A stretch of DNA of 64,000 nucleotides. Origin: Patescibacteria group bacterium (GTDB taxonomy: Bacteria; Patescibacteriota; Patescibacteriia; XYB2-FULL-38-15). The DNA lies in assembly GCA_041653675.1 (NCBI GenBank), contig JBAZEY010000004.1, forward strand, positions 1,105-65,104, written 5' to 3'. The notes below the pieces were generated by a model. That model was not told where the DNA came from, searched no databases, and saw only the letters and a program-made list of their open reading frames with translations. Positions 56,849-64,000 of the stretch are shown piece by piece; position 1 is the stretch's first letter, and the number at the start of each line of letters is the position of its first letter. Both the position numbers and the translations under genes were made by a program.

Positions 56849-59215
56849 TTATTCTTTGTTAAGTGCCAGGTGTTTAGTCAAAGCTCCTCGCAAAACGTCA
56901 TCTACGTCTTTAGCAAAAATAAATTTTAAATCTTTTCTGACATTAGCCGGAATTTCTTCCAAGTCTTTTTCATTATCCTTGGGTAAAATTATTGTTTTTA
57001 CGTCGGCCCGGTGAGCGGCTAAAACTTTTTCTTTAACTCCACCAATTTCTAAAGCGCGGCCGCGGAGCGTCACTTCGCCGGTCATCCCAACATCTTTTTT
57101 AATAGGCGTTCCTGTTAAAACTGATATAATCGCCGTCGCCATGGCTACGCCAGCTGACGGACCGTCCTTCGGAATCGCTCCGGCCGGAACATGAATATGA
57201 ATGTCTGAATCTTTATAAAATTTGTCTTTAATACCAAAAGATTTGGCGCGTGATCGGGCATAAGAATATGCCGCTTGCGCCGATTCCTGCATAACTTTGC
57301 CGAGTTGTCCGGTTAAAATCAACTGTCCCTTTCCCGGCATTTTAGTCGCCTCAATTAAAAGTATTTCGCCGCCCGCCTGTGTCCAAGCTAGGCCAGTTGA
57401 AACCCCAACTTCATCTTTTTTCTCAGCCATTGTTGTATGATATTTTTCTGGTCCTAAAAATTGGTGAAGATCGGAAATGCCAACTTTATAATTTTTCTCG
57501 TCGCCCTCAGCAATTTTTCGCGCCACCTTTCGACAGATAGCGGAAATATTTCTTTCAAGCTCGCGGACGCCGGCTTCGCGCGTATATTCCCTTATAACAG
57601 CCCTAACTGCCGGTTCGGTAATGATAAGCCTCTCGCCATCATGCAAGCCGTTCTCTTTTAATTGTTTGGGAATGAGAAAATTTTTCGCAATATGAAATTT
57701 TTCTTCCTCAATGTATCCGGGAAATTCGATCATCTCCATGCGGTCGCGAAGCGCCGGCGGAATGGTATCTAAAACATTGGCCGTGGTAATAAACATCACA
57801 TCCGACAAATCAAACGGGATTTCAAGATAATGATCTGAAAAAGCGTAATTTTGTTCTGGATCCAGTGCTTCAAGCAACGCGGCTGACGGATCGCCGCGAA
57901 AATCGGCTCCAACTTTATCAATTTCATCAAGCATAAAAACGGGATTTTTCATGCCAGCTGTATTTACTCCCTGGATGATTCTGCCTGGCAGAGCGCCGAC
58001 ATAAGTTCGTCGATGGCCGCGAATTTCTGCCTCATCGCGAATGCCGCCGAGTGACATTCTAAAAAATTTTCGGCCAAGAGCTTTGGCGATAGATTTTCCA
58101 ATAGAAGTTTTGCCCGTTCCTGGCGGCCCGGAAAAACAAAGGATTGGACCCTTAATTTTCCCAACTAGCTTTTGCACGGCCAAATATTCCAAAATTCTTT
58201 CTTTAACTTTATCTAAACCATAATGATCTTCATCAAGAACTTTTTGAGCTTTTTTAATATCAACCTTACTTTCGGTCTTTTTCGACCACGGCAACATAAT
58301 TAACCAATCAAGATAGGTTCTAATATAAGAAATTTCCGGACTAAAAGACGGCATTTTTTCAAGACGCGCCAACTCTTTTAGGGCCTGCTCCTTTGCTTCG
58401 GGAGCCATCCCGGCCTTTTCTATTTTTTCTTTTAATTCCTCTACCTCACTCCGACCGCCGGCCATACCCAATTCTTTTTCAATCGTTTTCATCTGCTCGC
58501 GCAAAAACATTTCTTTTTCCATTTTTCCCAACTCCTTGCCGGTTTCCGCCTGAATTTTTTGAGCCATGCGTAAAACTTTCAATTGCCTCCCGATCGATTC
58601 CCCAAGTTTCCCCAATTTATTTTCAATATTGTCGGCTTCAAGAATCGCCTGCTTCTCATCAACTTTAAAATCCAAATTTATTGTCATCAAGTCAGCCAAT
58701 TCCCATGGGTCAGTAATATTTAAAATTACCAAAAGCACGTCGAAAGGAACAGTCGCACCAAGCGAAACACATTCCTTAAATTGATTAATCAAACTATACA
58801 TCAAGGCTTCAATCCGTTCTGTCTTTTTAACCATCGGCTCCGGGGCTGGCTCAACTTTAACTCTGATAAAAGGATCAAATGATAAAAATTCTGTAATTTT
58901 TGCACGAATCATTCCCTCAACTACGATTCGCACAGACCCATCGGGCTGTTTTGTAATTTCCCTAATTTTAGCGAGTGTGCCGACAGAATAAAGATCATCC
59001 TTGGTAATTTTATCTCCCACGTCTTTTTTTTCTGCGACACAAACTGCCATCTGATCGTGCTGCATCGCATAATCTAAAGCTTTCAAAGTTTTTTCTTTTT
59101 TAACTATTAAAGTCAAAGCAACTCTCGGAAAAACAACAACGTCAACCAGCGGAATTATAGCTAGTTCTTTTTTAGCCTTACTGTCCAGCGTGCTTAAATT
59201 TTTTTCTGCCTCCAT
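56849..59215 (-). CDS. lon: ATP-dependent protease La
   Basis: DHYGLDKVKERI, GPPGTGKTS, RGHRRTYVGALPG, PKDGPSAG. Confidence 0.98.
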   Translation of the reverse strand: MEAEKNLSTLDSKAKKELAIIPLVDVVVFPRVALTLIVKKEKTLKALDYAMQHDQMAVCVAEKKDVGDKITKDDLYSVGTLAKIREITKQPDGSVRIVVEGMIRAKITEFLSFDPFIRVKVEPAPEPMVKKTERIEALMYSLINQFKECVSLGATVPFDVLLVILNITDPWELADLMTINLDFKVDEKQAILEADNIENKLGKLGESIGRQLKVLRMAQKIQAETGKELGKMEKEMFLREQMKTIEKELGMAGGRSEVEELKEKIEKAGMAPEAKEQALKELARLEKMPSFSPEISYIRTYLDWLIMLPWSKKTESKVDIKKAQKVLDEDHYGLDKVKERILEYLAVQKLVGKIKGPILCFSGPPGTGKTSIGKSIAKALGRKFFRMSLGGIRDEAEIRGHRRTYVGALPGRIIQGVNTAGMKNPVFMLDEIDKVGADFRGDPSAALLEALDPEQNYAFSDHYLEIPFDLSDVMFITTANVLDTIPPALRDRMEMIEFPGYIEEEKFHIAKNFLIPKQLKENGLHDGERLIITEPAVRAVIREYTREAGVRELERNISAICRKVARKIAEGDEKNYKVGISDLHQFLGPEKYHTTMAEKKDEVGVSTGLAWTQAGGEILLIEATKMPGKGQLILTGQLGKVMQESAQAAYSYARSRAKSFGIKDKFYKDSDIHIHVPAGAIPKDGPSAGVAMATAIISVLTGTPIKKDVGMTGEVTLRGRALEIGGVKEKVLAAHRADVKTIILPKDNEKDLEEIPANVRKDLKFIFAKDVDDVLRGALTKHLALNKE

Positions 59216-59222
59216 AAATATT

Positions 59223-59303
59223 AGATTATAGATTTAAGGTTACAGATTTAAGAAATTTTTCGCCACCATCTCACTTTAATCTTAAATCTTTAATCTGAAA
59301 TCT
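59223..59303. repeat. Empty inverted heptamer-array element upstream of lon
   Basis: AGATTAT AGATTTA AGGTTAC AGATTTA AG, 22 nt, TTTAATC TTAAATC TTTAATC TGAAATC T; 23 nt identical to 23330-23352. Confidence 0.8.
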
Positions 59304-59598
59304 ATTTGAAAGGTAACGATGCTTGTTTGCCCTGCAAACTTTTCGCCACTTTTCGTCCTATCGCCGTCAATTTTATTTCTTTAATAAACCATTTTTTCGG
59401 CGTCCGGACACCGTAGCCAATAAGAAAACCCTTGTCAATTAATCTTTCCAGGGATTTTGTGACAATATTTACTCTATCCTCCATCTTGGGCGGCCGCTTT
59501 TGCTTATCATAAAACCGCAAAATTTTTCCACGGCCAAACTTGTTCTTTTCTGCGTAGCCCAAGCCCAAAATATACTTTTGGAGAAGGGATATTTTCAT
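59302..59598 (-). CDS. Small basic hypothetical protein, possible winged-helix fold
   Basis: VTKSLERLIDKGFLIGY...IKLTAIGRKVAK resembles a wHTH recognition helix and wing; own promoter. Confidence 0.7.
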   Translation of the reverse strand: MKISLLQKYILGLGYAEKNKFGRGKILRFYDKQKRPPKMEDRVNIVTKSLERLIDKGFLIGYGVRTPKKWFIKEIKLTAIGRKVAKSLQGKQASLPFK

Positions 59599-59604
59599 AA
59601 TCTA

Positions 59605-59633
59605 ATGATAGCAAAAAAATGGCTTATTGTAAA
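59605..59633 (-). promoter_or_regulatory. sigma70 promoter, leaderless start of the 98-aa gene / lon unit
   Basis: TTTACA-17-TATCAT with TG extension, 6 nt before ATG 59598. Confidence 0.65.
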
Positions 59634-59635
59634 TT

Positions 59636-59657
59636 AAAAAAGCGGCCATAAAGCCGC
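59636..59657 (-). terminator. Terminator after the asnS-aspS-HD unit
   Basis: Minus strand GCGGC-tttatg-GCCGC-TTTTTT. Confidence 0.7.
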
Positions 59658-59677
59658 AATATTTCTTTTGTTATTTT

Positions 59678-60322
59678 TCATTCTTTTCCAGCAATTTCCT
59701 TATCTATTCTTTTGAAAAAATCAACCATAAACTTATGGCGCTCCTTCGCAATTCTTCTGCCCTCCGCAGTTAACATCCGGTCTTTTATTCCGGATAACTT
59801 AAGCGCGAACTCGCGGTAAGCCGTATCTTCCCGGCTGAAAGCCTTAGTTTTTTTAATATCAACATCACTGTTATGCAGCCTTGCCCCGATTTCCCCAGCA
59901 AAGAGAAACGCCCGGCCGATTCCGACCGCGCCGATTGCGTCCAGTTTATCGGCATCAAATAAAATTTTTGCTTCTTTTGACTTCGGGATATTTTTCCCTC
60001 TGAAACGATGACATCTGATACAATGAACAACCTGCTCTATTTTTTTCTCCGGAAAGTTAATTTTTTTAAGAATCGCTCGCGCTCTTTCCGCCCCATGCTC
60101 CGCATGGCAGACGGCACCATTTCTCTTATCAGCATAATCTCTTGAAATATCATGCAGTATGGCGGCTAATTTCAAAATATCAAGATCTGCCTTTTCCTCT
60201 TTTCCGATGCGGAGGGCAAGATTATAAACTCTTTCCGTGTGATCCCATCCATGGCTACCCCGAGCGCTTTGGAAAAATTTTTTCGCCTCTTTTTCTATTT
60301 TTTCCAAAAATTTATTATCCAT
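59678..60322 (-). CDS. HD-domain phosphohydrolase
   Basis: HGWDHTERV, AILHDI, HAEHGA, DADKLDAIGAVGIGR. Confidence 0.9.
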   Translation of the reverse strand: MDNKFLEKIEKEAKKFFQSARGSHGWDHTERVYNLALRIGKEEKADLDILKLAAILHDISRDYADKRNGAVCHAEHGAERARAILKKINFPEKKIEQVVHCIRCHRFRGKNIPKSKEAKILFDADKLDAIGAVGIGRAFLFAGEIGARLHNSDVDIKKTKAFSREDTAYREFALKLSGIKDRMLTAEGRRIAKERHKFMVDFFKRIDKEIAGKE

Positions 60323-60740
60323 TTATTTTAGAAAAATCACCATCTAAAATTATTGGCTGCATGGCGATGATTTCATCTTTATAGCCCATTTCTGGAATTG
60401 GGTTTAAAAGAAAAATTTTCTTGTTTAAAACATGAGCAAAACCCATTTCCATCAAGGTATTGCCGCCAATATAATTTGAGATTCCATTTTTATCAAAATT
60501 ACAAATGAGTACGGCATCGCCACTTTTAATACAATCATACCACCATTTGATAAAGTTATGTTCCCTCTTTATTTCAGCATGATTCGCAGATATTCCATTA
60601 ATTAATTCTTTGGCGGTACCATCGGCGATACCAAACATATCTTCGTGCATCATGGGTTCATGTCTCATTTCTTTCAACTTATGGTAAATTTCAACAAGTT
60701 TTTCCGCAAATTTTACACTTCCACAAATTGTGATTTTCAT
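60315..60740 (-). CDS. Nucleoside 2-deoxyribosyltransferase-like Rossmann protein
   Basis: ITICGS, IKSGDAVLICN, YIGGNTLMEMGFA..LNKKIF. Confidence 0.6.
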   Translation of the reverse strand: MKITICGSVKFAEKLVEIYHKLKEMRHEPMMHEDMFGIADGTAKELINGISANHAEIKREHNFIKWWYDCIKSGDAVLICNFDKNGISNYIGGNTLMEMGFAHVLNKKIFLLNPIPEMGYKDEIIAMQPIILDGDFSKING

Positions 60741-60741
60741 G

Positions 60742-62133
60742 TTATTTTTCCGCTATTTTAATGTGCGCTTCTTTCAATTGCTGTTCCGGCAGTTCCGACG
60801 GCGCGCCCATCATTAAATCCCTGGCATCTGAAGTTTTTGGAAAAGCCATCACTTCGCGAATGTTCGGTTCGCCGGCGAAAAGCATGGCCAATCTATCAAG
60901 CCCGGGCGCGATACCACCGTGCGGCGGCGCCCCGTAAGTAAAAGCCTCAAACATATGGCCAAAGCGTAATTCCGCATCGTCTTTACCAACGCCAAGCAAC
61001 CGAAAAATTTTTGACTGTAAATTTCGATCATGAATTCTAATACTTCCGCCGCCAACTTCATAACCATTTAACACTAAATCATAAGCATACGCTCGAACAT
61101 CAAGCGGATGTTCTTCCAAATCCTCCAAATCCTCTTTGTGTGGCATAGTAAATGGGTGATGTTCGGAAACTAATTTTTTCTCACTATCTGACCATTTAAA
61201 AAGCGGGAAATCGATTACCCAACAAAACGCTAATTCGTTTTTGTCATTTTTATTTTCACGCAAATCCGGCTTGTCGCTTTTATATTTTTTTATTGCTTCG
61301 TCATAGGTCAGAACCGGGAAAGGTATTTTTTGAATTTTTTTATCGGGTGCCACGGCTCCTGCCAAATGAATCATCAACTCTTCCGTGAGTTTCATTACAT
61401 CCTCTTGATCAACAAAAGACATTTCCATATCAAGCTGAGTAAATTCCGGCTGGCGATCGCCGCGCTGATCCTCGTCGCGAAAACATCGAGCAATCTGAAA
61501 ATATTTTTCAAAACCAGCTACCATTAACAATTGTTTAAACTGCTGTGGCGACTGCGGCAAGACATAAAATTCCCCAGTATGTAAGCGCGACGGAACAATA
61601 TATTCGCGCGCGCCTTCCGGCGTACCTTTCGTAATGTAGGGCGTTTCAATTTCTGCAAAATCACGCTCATGTAAAAATTTCTTTATTTCATCAAGCATTT
61701 TGCTTCGAAGCATTATATTCTTTTTCATCCGTTCACTCCGCAAATCAAGGTATCTGTATTTCATGCGCAATTCTTCACTAACAGGCGTTGTGTCTTTATC
61801 AATTTCAAAAGGCAAAGTTTTTGATTCATTTAAAATTTCTAACTTCTGGGCCTCCATTTCTACCGTGCCGGTTAACATTTTTGGGTTAACCATTTTCTCT
61901 GGCCGCTTGTTTACTTTTCCGGTAATGGCCACAACAAACTCCGAACGCAGTTTATCGGCCAATGCCATGAATTCTTTATCTTTGGAGGCAAAAATAACCT
62001 GGATCAAACCAGTCGCGTCGCGAAGATCAATAAAAATAATTTTCCCCATGTCGCGGCGGACATTAACCCAACCTTTAAGCAAAACTTCTTCTCCGACCTT
62101 ATTAACCGTATCTTTGATTAGTGTGCGTGTCAT
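60742..62133 (-). CDS. aspS: Aspartate--tRNA ligase (short bacterial type lacking the GAD insertion)
   Basis: IFIDLRD, TPEGAREY, LPQSPQQFKQ, RCFRDED, GAPPHGGIAPGLDR. Confidence 0.95.
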   Translation of the reverse strand: MTRTLIKDTVNKVGEEVLLKGWVNVRRDMGKIIFIDLRDATGLIQVIFASKDKEFMALADKLRSEFVVAITGKVNKRPEKMVNPKMLTGTVEMEAQKLEILNESKTLPFEIDKDTTPVSEELRMKYRYLDLRSERMKKNIMLRSKMLDEIKKFLHERDFAEIETPYITKGTPEGAREYIVPSRLHTGEFYVLPQSPQQFKQLLMVAGFEKYFQIARCFRDEDQRGDRQPEFTQLDMEMSFVDQEDVMKLTEELMIHLAGAVAPDKKIQKIPFPVLTYDEAIKKYKSDKPDLRENKNDKNELAFCWVIDFPLFKWSDSEKKLVSEHHPFTMPHKEDLEDLEEHPLDVRAYAYDLVLNGYEVGGGSIRIHDRNLQSKIFRLLGVGKDDAELRFGHMFEAFTYGAPPHGGIAPGLDRLAMLFAGEPNIREVMAFPKTSDARDLMMGAPSELPEQQLKEAHIKIAEK

Positions 62134-62142
62134 AAAAAATAT

Positions 62143-63435
62143 TTATGGTCTTAATCTATTAATCATTCTTGGAAAAGGAATTGTCTCGCGGATATGATGA
62201 ATCCCACACATCCAGCCAGTAATGCGCTCTAAGCCATAACCAAAACCAGAATGCGGCACTGAACCGTATTTTCTTAAATCCAGATACCATTCAAAATCCG
62301 CAAGCGGCATTTTTTCTTCTTTCATTCGCGAAAGCAATAAATCATAATTATCCTCGCGCTCTGAGCCGCCGATAATTTCTCCATGGCCTTCCGGAGCAAT
62401 TAAATCTGATCCCAAAACAAATTCCGGATTTTCTGGATCGCGTTTCATATAAAATGCTTTGATTTGCCGCGGCCACTTCTCCACAAAAATCGGCACGTCA
62501 GAATCTTGCGTTAATAAAGTTTCATCGTCTGCGCCAAGATCTTCACCGTCTTTAATGTCCGAACCCAACGCCTGAACTTTTTTAATTGCCTCTGTATAAG
62601 TTATTCTGCCAAACGGCGCTTTTACTTTTTCCAATTTTGAAATATCCCGTTCTAAAATTTCTAGTTCTTTTCTGTTTTTTTCCAAAACTTTTTCCACGAT
62701 ATAGCAAATTAATTCTTCCTGAATCTTCATATTGCCTTCGTGGTTTACAAAAGCCGCTTCGGCGTCCATCATCCAAAATTCAGTAAGGTGCCGGCGGGTT
62801 TTTGATTTTTCCGCCCGGAAAGTCGGACCGAAATCAAAACATCGGCCAAAACTCATAACCGCGGCTTCAAGATAAAGCTGGCCTGACTGCGCTAAGTACG
62901 CTTTTCCTAAATCAAAATATGGAACTTCAAACAAGGTCGTTGTTCCCTCGCAAGCCGTCGGCGTCAAAATCGGCGTGTCAATTTTTATAAAACCATTTTG
63001 ATTAAAATATTCGTACGTCGCGTTGATCACTGTATTTCTGACGCGGAGCGTTGCCCACTGTTTTGACGAACGAAGCCAAAGATGGCGGAGATCAAGCAAA
63101 AATTCTGGGCCGTGTTCTTTTTTACCAATTGGGTATTCTTCGGCGATCTGAACAATTTTTAAGTCTTTAACTTGTAATTCGTACTCTTCTTTTTTCGGAT
63201 GTTTGCTGACCGTGCCAGAAATTTCCACTGACGTTTCCATGGTAATTTTTTCACAAACTTCCCAAATTTCCGCGGCTACTTCTTTTTTAGAAACAATCGC
63301 CTGAATGAAACCGGAGCCGTCCCGGACTTGTAAAAAGAAAATGCTGCCCGACGAGCGGAAATTATAAATCCAGCCGCGGACTGCGACTTCCTGGCCTAAA
63401 TATTGACTAATATCCTTAAGTAAAATCGTCTGCAT
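62143..63435 (-). CDS. asnS: Asparagine--tRNA ligase
   Basis: YLAQSGQLY, FRAEKSKTRRHLTEFW, EIIGGSERE, YGSVPHSGFGYGLER. Confidence 0.96.
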   Translation of the reverse strand: MQTILLKDISQYLGQEVAVRGWIYNFRSSGSIFFLQVRDGSGFIQAIVSKKEVAAEIWEVCEKITMETSVEISGTVSKHPKKEEYELQVKDLKIVQIAEEYPIGKKEHGPEFLLDLRHLWLRSSKQWATLRVRNTVINATYEYFNQNGFIKIDTPILTPTACEGTTTLFEVPYFDLGKAYLAQSGQLYLEAAVMSFGRCFDFGPTFRAEKSKTRRHLTEFWMMDAEAAFVNHEGNMKIQEELICYIVEKVLEKNRKELEILERDISKLEKVKAPFGRITYTEAIKKVQALGSDIKDGEDLGADDETLLTQDSDVPIFVEKWPRQIKAFYMKRDPENPEFVLGSDLIAPEGHGEIIGGSEREDNYDLLLSRMKEEKMPLADFEWYLDLRKYGSVPHSGFGYGLERITGWMCGIHHIRETIPFPRMINRLRP

Positions 63436-63446
63436 ATAATTGTTTA

Positions 63447-63506
63447 ATTATAGAGAATATATTGATTTTGAGCAAGATTGACGACAATCTAATAATTTGG
63501 TAAGGT
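63447..63506. promoter_or_regulatory. Back-to-back promoters for asnS and the right-edge orphan
   Basis: Minus TTGCTC-17-TATAAT (63447-75); plus TTGACG-17-TAAGGT (63478-506). Confidence 0.6.
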
Positions 63507-63539
63507 TAGAAACCCCGAAATGGGGTAAGGAGGAGTATT

Positions 63540-64000
63540 TTGGAAAAGCAGATTCAGACGGCTTATGGAGAGGTCAACCTTGAGGTTCGCGAACTCAACG
63601 GTTCGCGAATTCTCGTAACCCAGGAATCCTTCGACTTTCTGGCAGGCACGAAGAGCCGTGGCGGATCCTTGAAGGAAAGGCTCGCAGCCCCCCGCGGCAC
63701 CGTGCTCATTCCGTCATGGTACGACTTCGGAGGACGGGGTAAGGAACGCCTACACCACATCGTCCCTGCCGGCATCTACGAGGCTCTGCGGCGCGCCGCT
63801 CATACCCTTCGGAAATACGGGCTAAAGAAAACGCCTGGCGAACTTCAGAACCTTCGCTCCATCTCCGACCGACTAAGCCGCGATCTCGCCATCCTCATGG
63901 AGGGGAAGTCTGCGTCGAGTCGCGATTTGGTGGAGGTCCGATATGACCTCACACGGATCGCTCAAGTGCTCGGCGGATCCAGAAACAAGCTCAAGTTGGA
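63540..64000 (+). CDS. Orphan protein truncated by the right edge; not in the ORF track
   Basis: AAGGAGG SD, TTG start, open frame MEKQIQTAYGEVNLEVRELNGSRILV...GGSRNKLKL to the window end; GC-rich. Confidence 0.75.
   Translation, partial: MEKQIQTAYGEVNLEVRELNGSRILVTQESFDFLAGTKSRGGSLKERLAAPRGTVLIPSWYDFGGRGKERLHHIVPAGIYEALRRAAHTLRKYGLKKTPGELQNLRSISDRLSRDLAILMEGKSASSRDLVEVRYDLTRIAQVLGGSRNKLKL

Noticed and set aside
63563-63775. 70-aa minus-strand ORF
   Set aside because: Antisense shadow of the plus-strand ORF starting at 63540.
1-64000. Alternative genetic code (UGA=Gly, as in Gracilibacteria/Absconditabacteria)
   Set aside because: Conserved genes are full length under code 11, and TGA ends the HD gene (59678) and scpB (53477).

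Overview
A gene-dense, mostly minus-strand bacterial chromosome segment using the standard code (TGA used as stop). The gene set and giant Cys-rich surface proteins suggest Patescibacteria/CPR, probably Parcubacteria or ABY1-like (inference). Housekeeping genes: rsmA, prfB, htrA, nrdDG, ftsAZ, ybeY, rpsU, hisS, lepB, der, pth, dprA, topA, rel, parAB, scpAB, lon, aspS, asnS and four tRNAs. The ORF track misses three real ORFs: a >2800-aa secreted giant (<1..8409, minus), a 49-aa stand-alone glycyl-radical subunit of a split class III ribonucleotide reductase (16284..16433), and an orphan at the right edge (63540..>64000). Signals most worth a second look: (1) elements bounded by inverted arrays of 7/8-mer repeats, seen intact around a four-helix-bundle gene, internally deleted, and empty, with single arrays also inside coding genes; (2) a candidate attachment apparatus built from pilin-anchored giant Ig/IPT/Cys-rich proteins, a CBM-bearing giant and Ca-binding membrane proteins; (3) a promoter-bearing, multi-hairpin ~100-nt candidate ncRNA between pth and dprA; (4) GNA-triloop hairpin elements that flank ybaK like a cassette and sit in a duplicated initiator-tRNA 3' end. 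All protein calls come from motif recognition by eye; no database searches were run.
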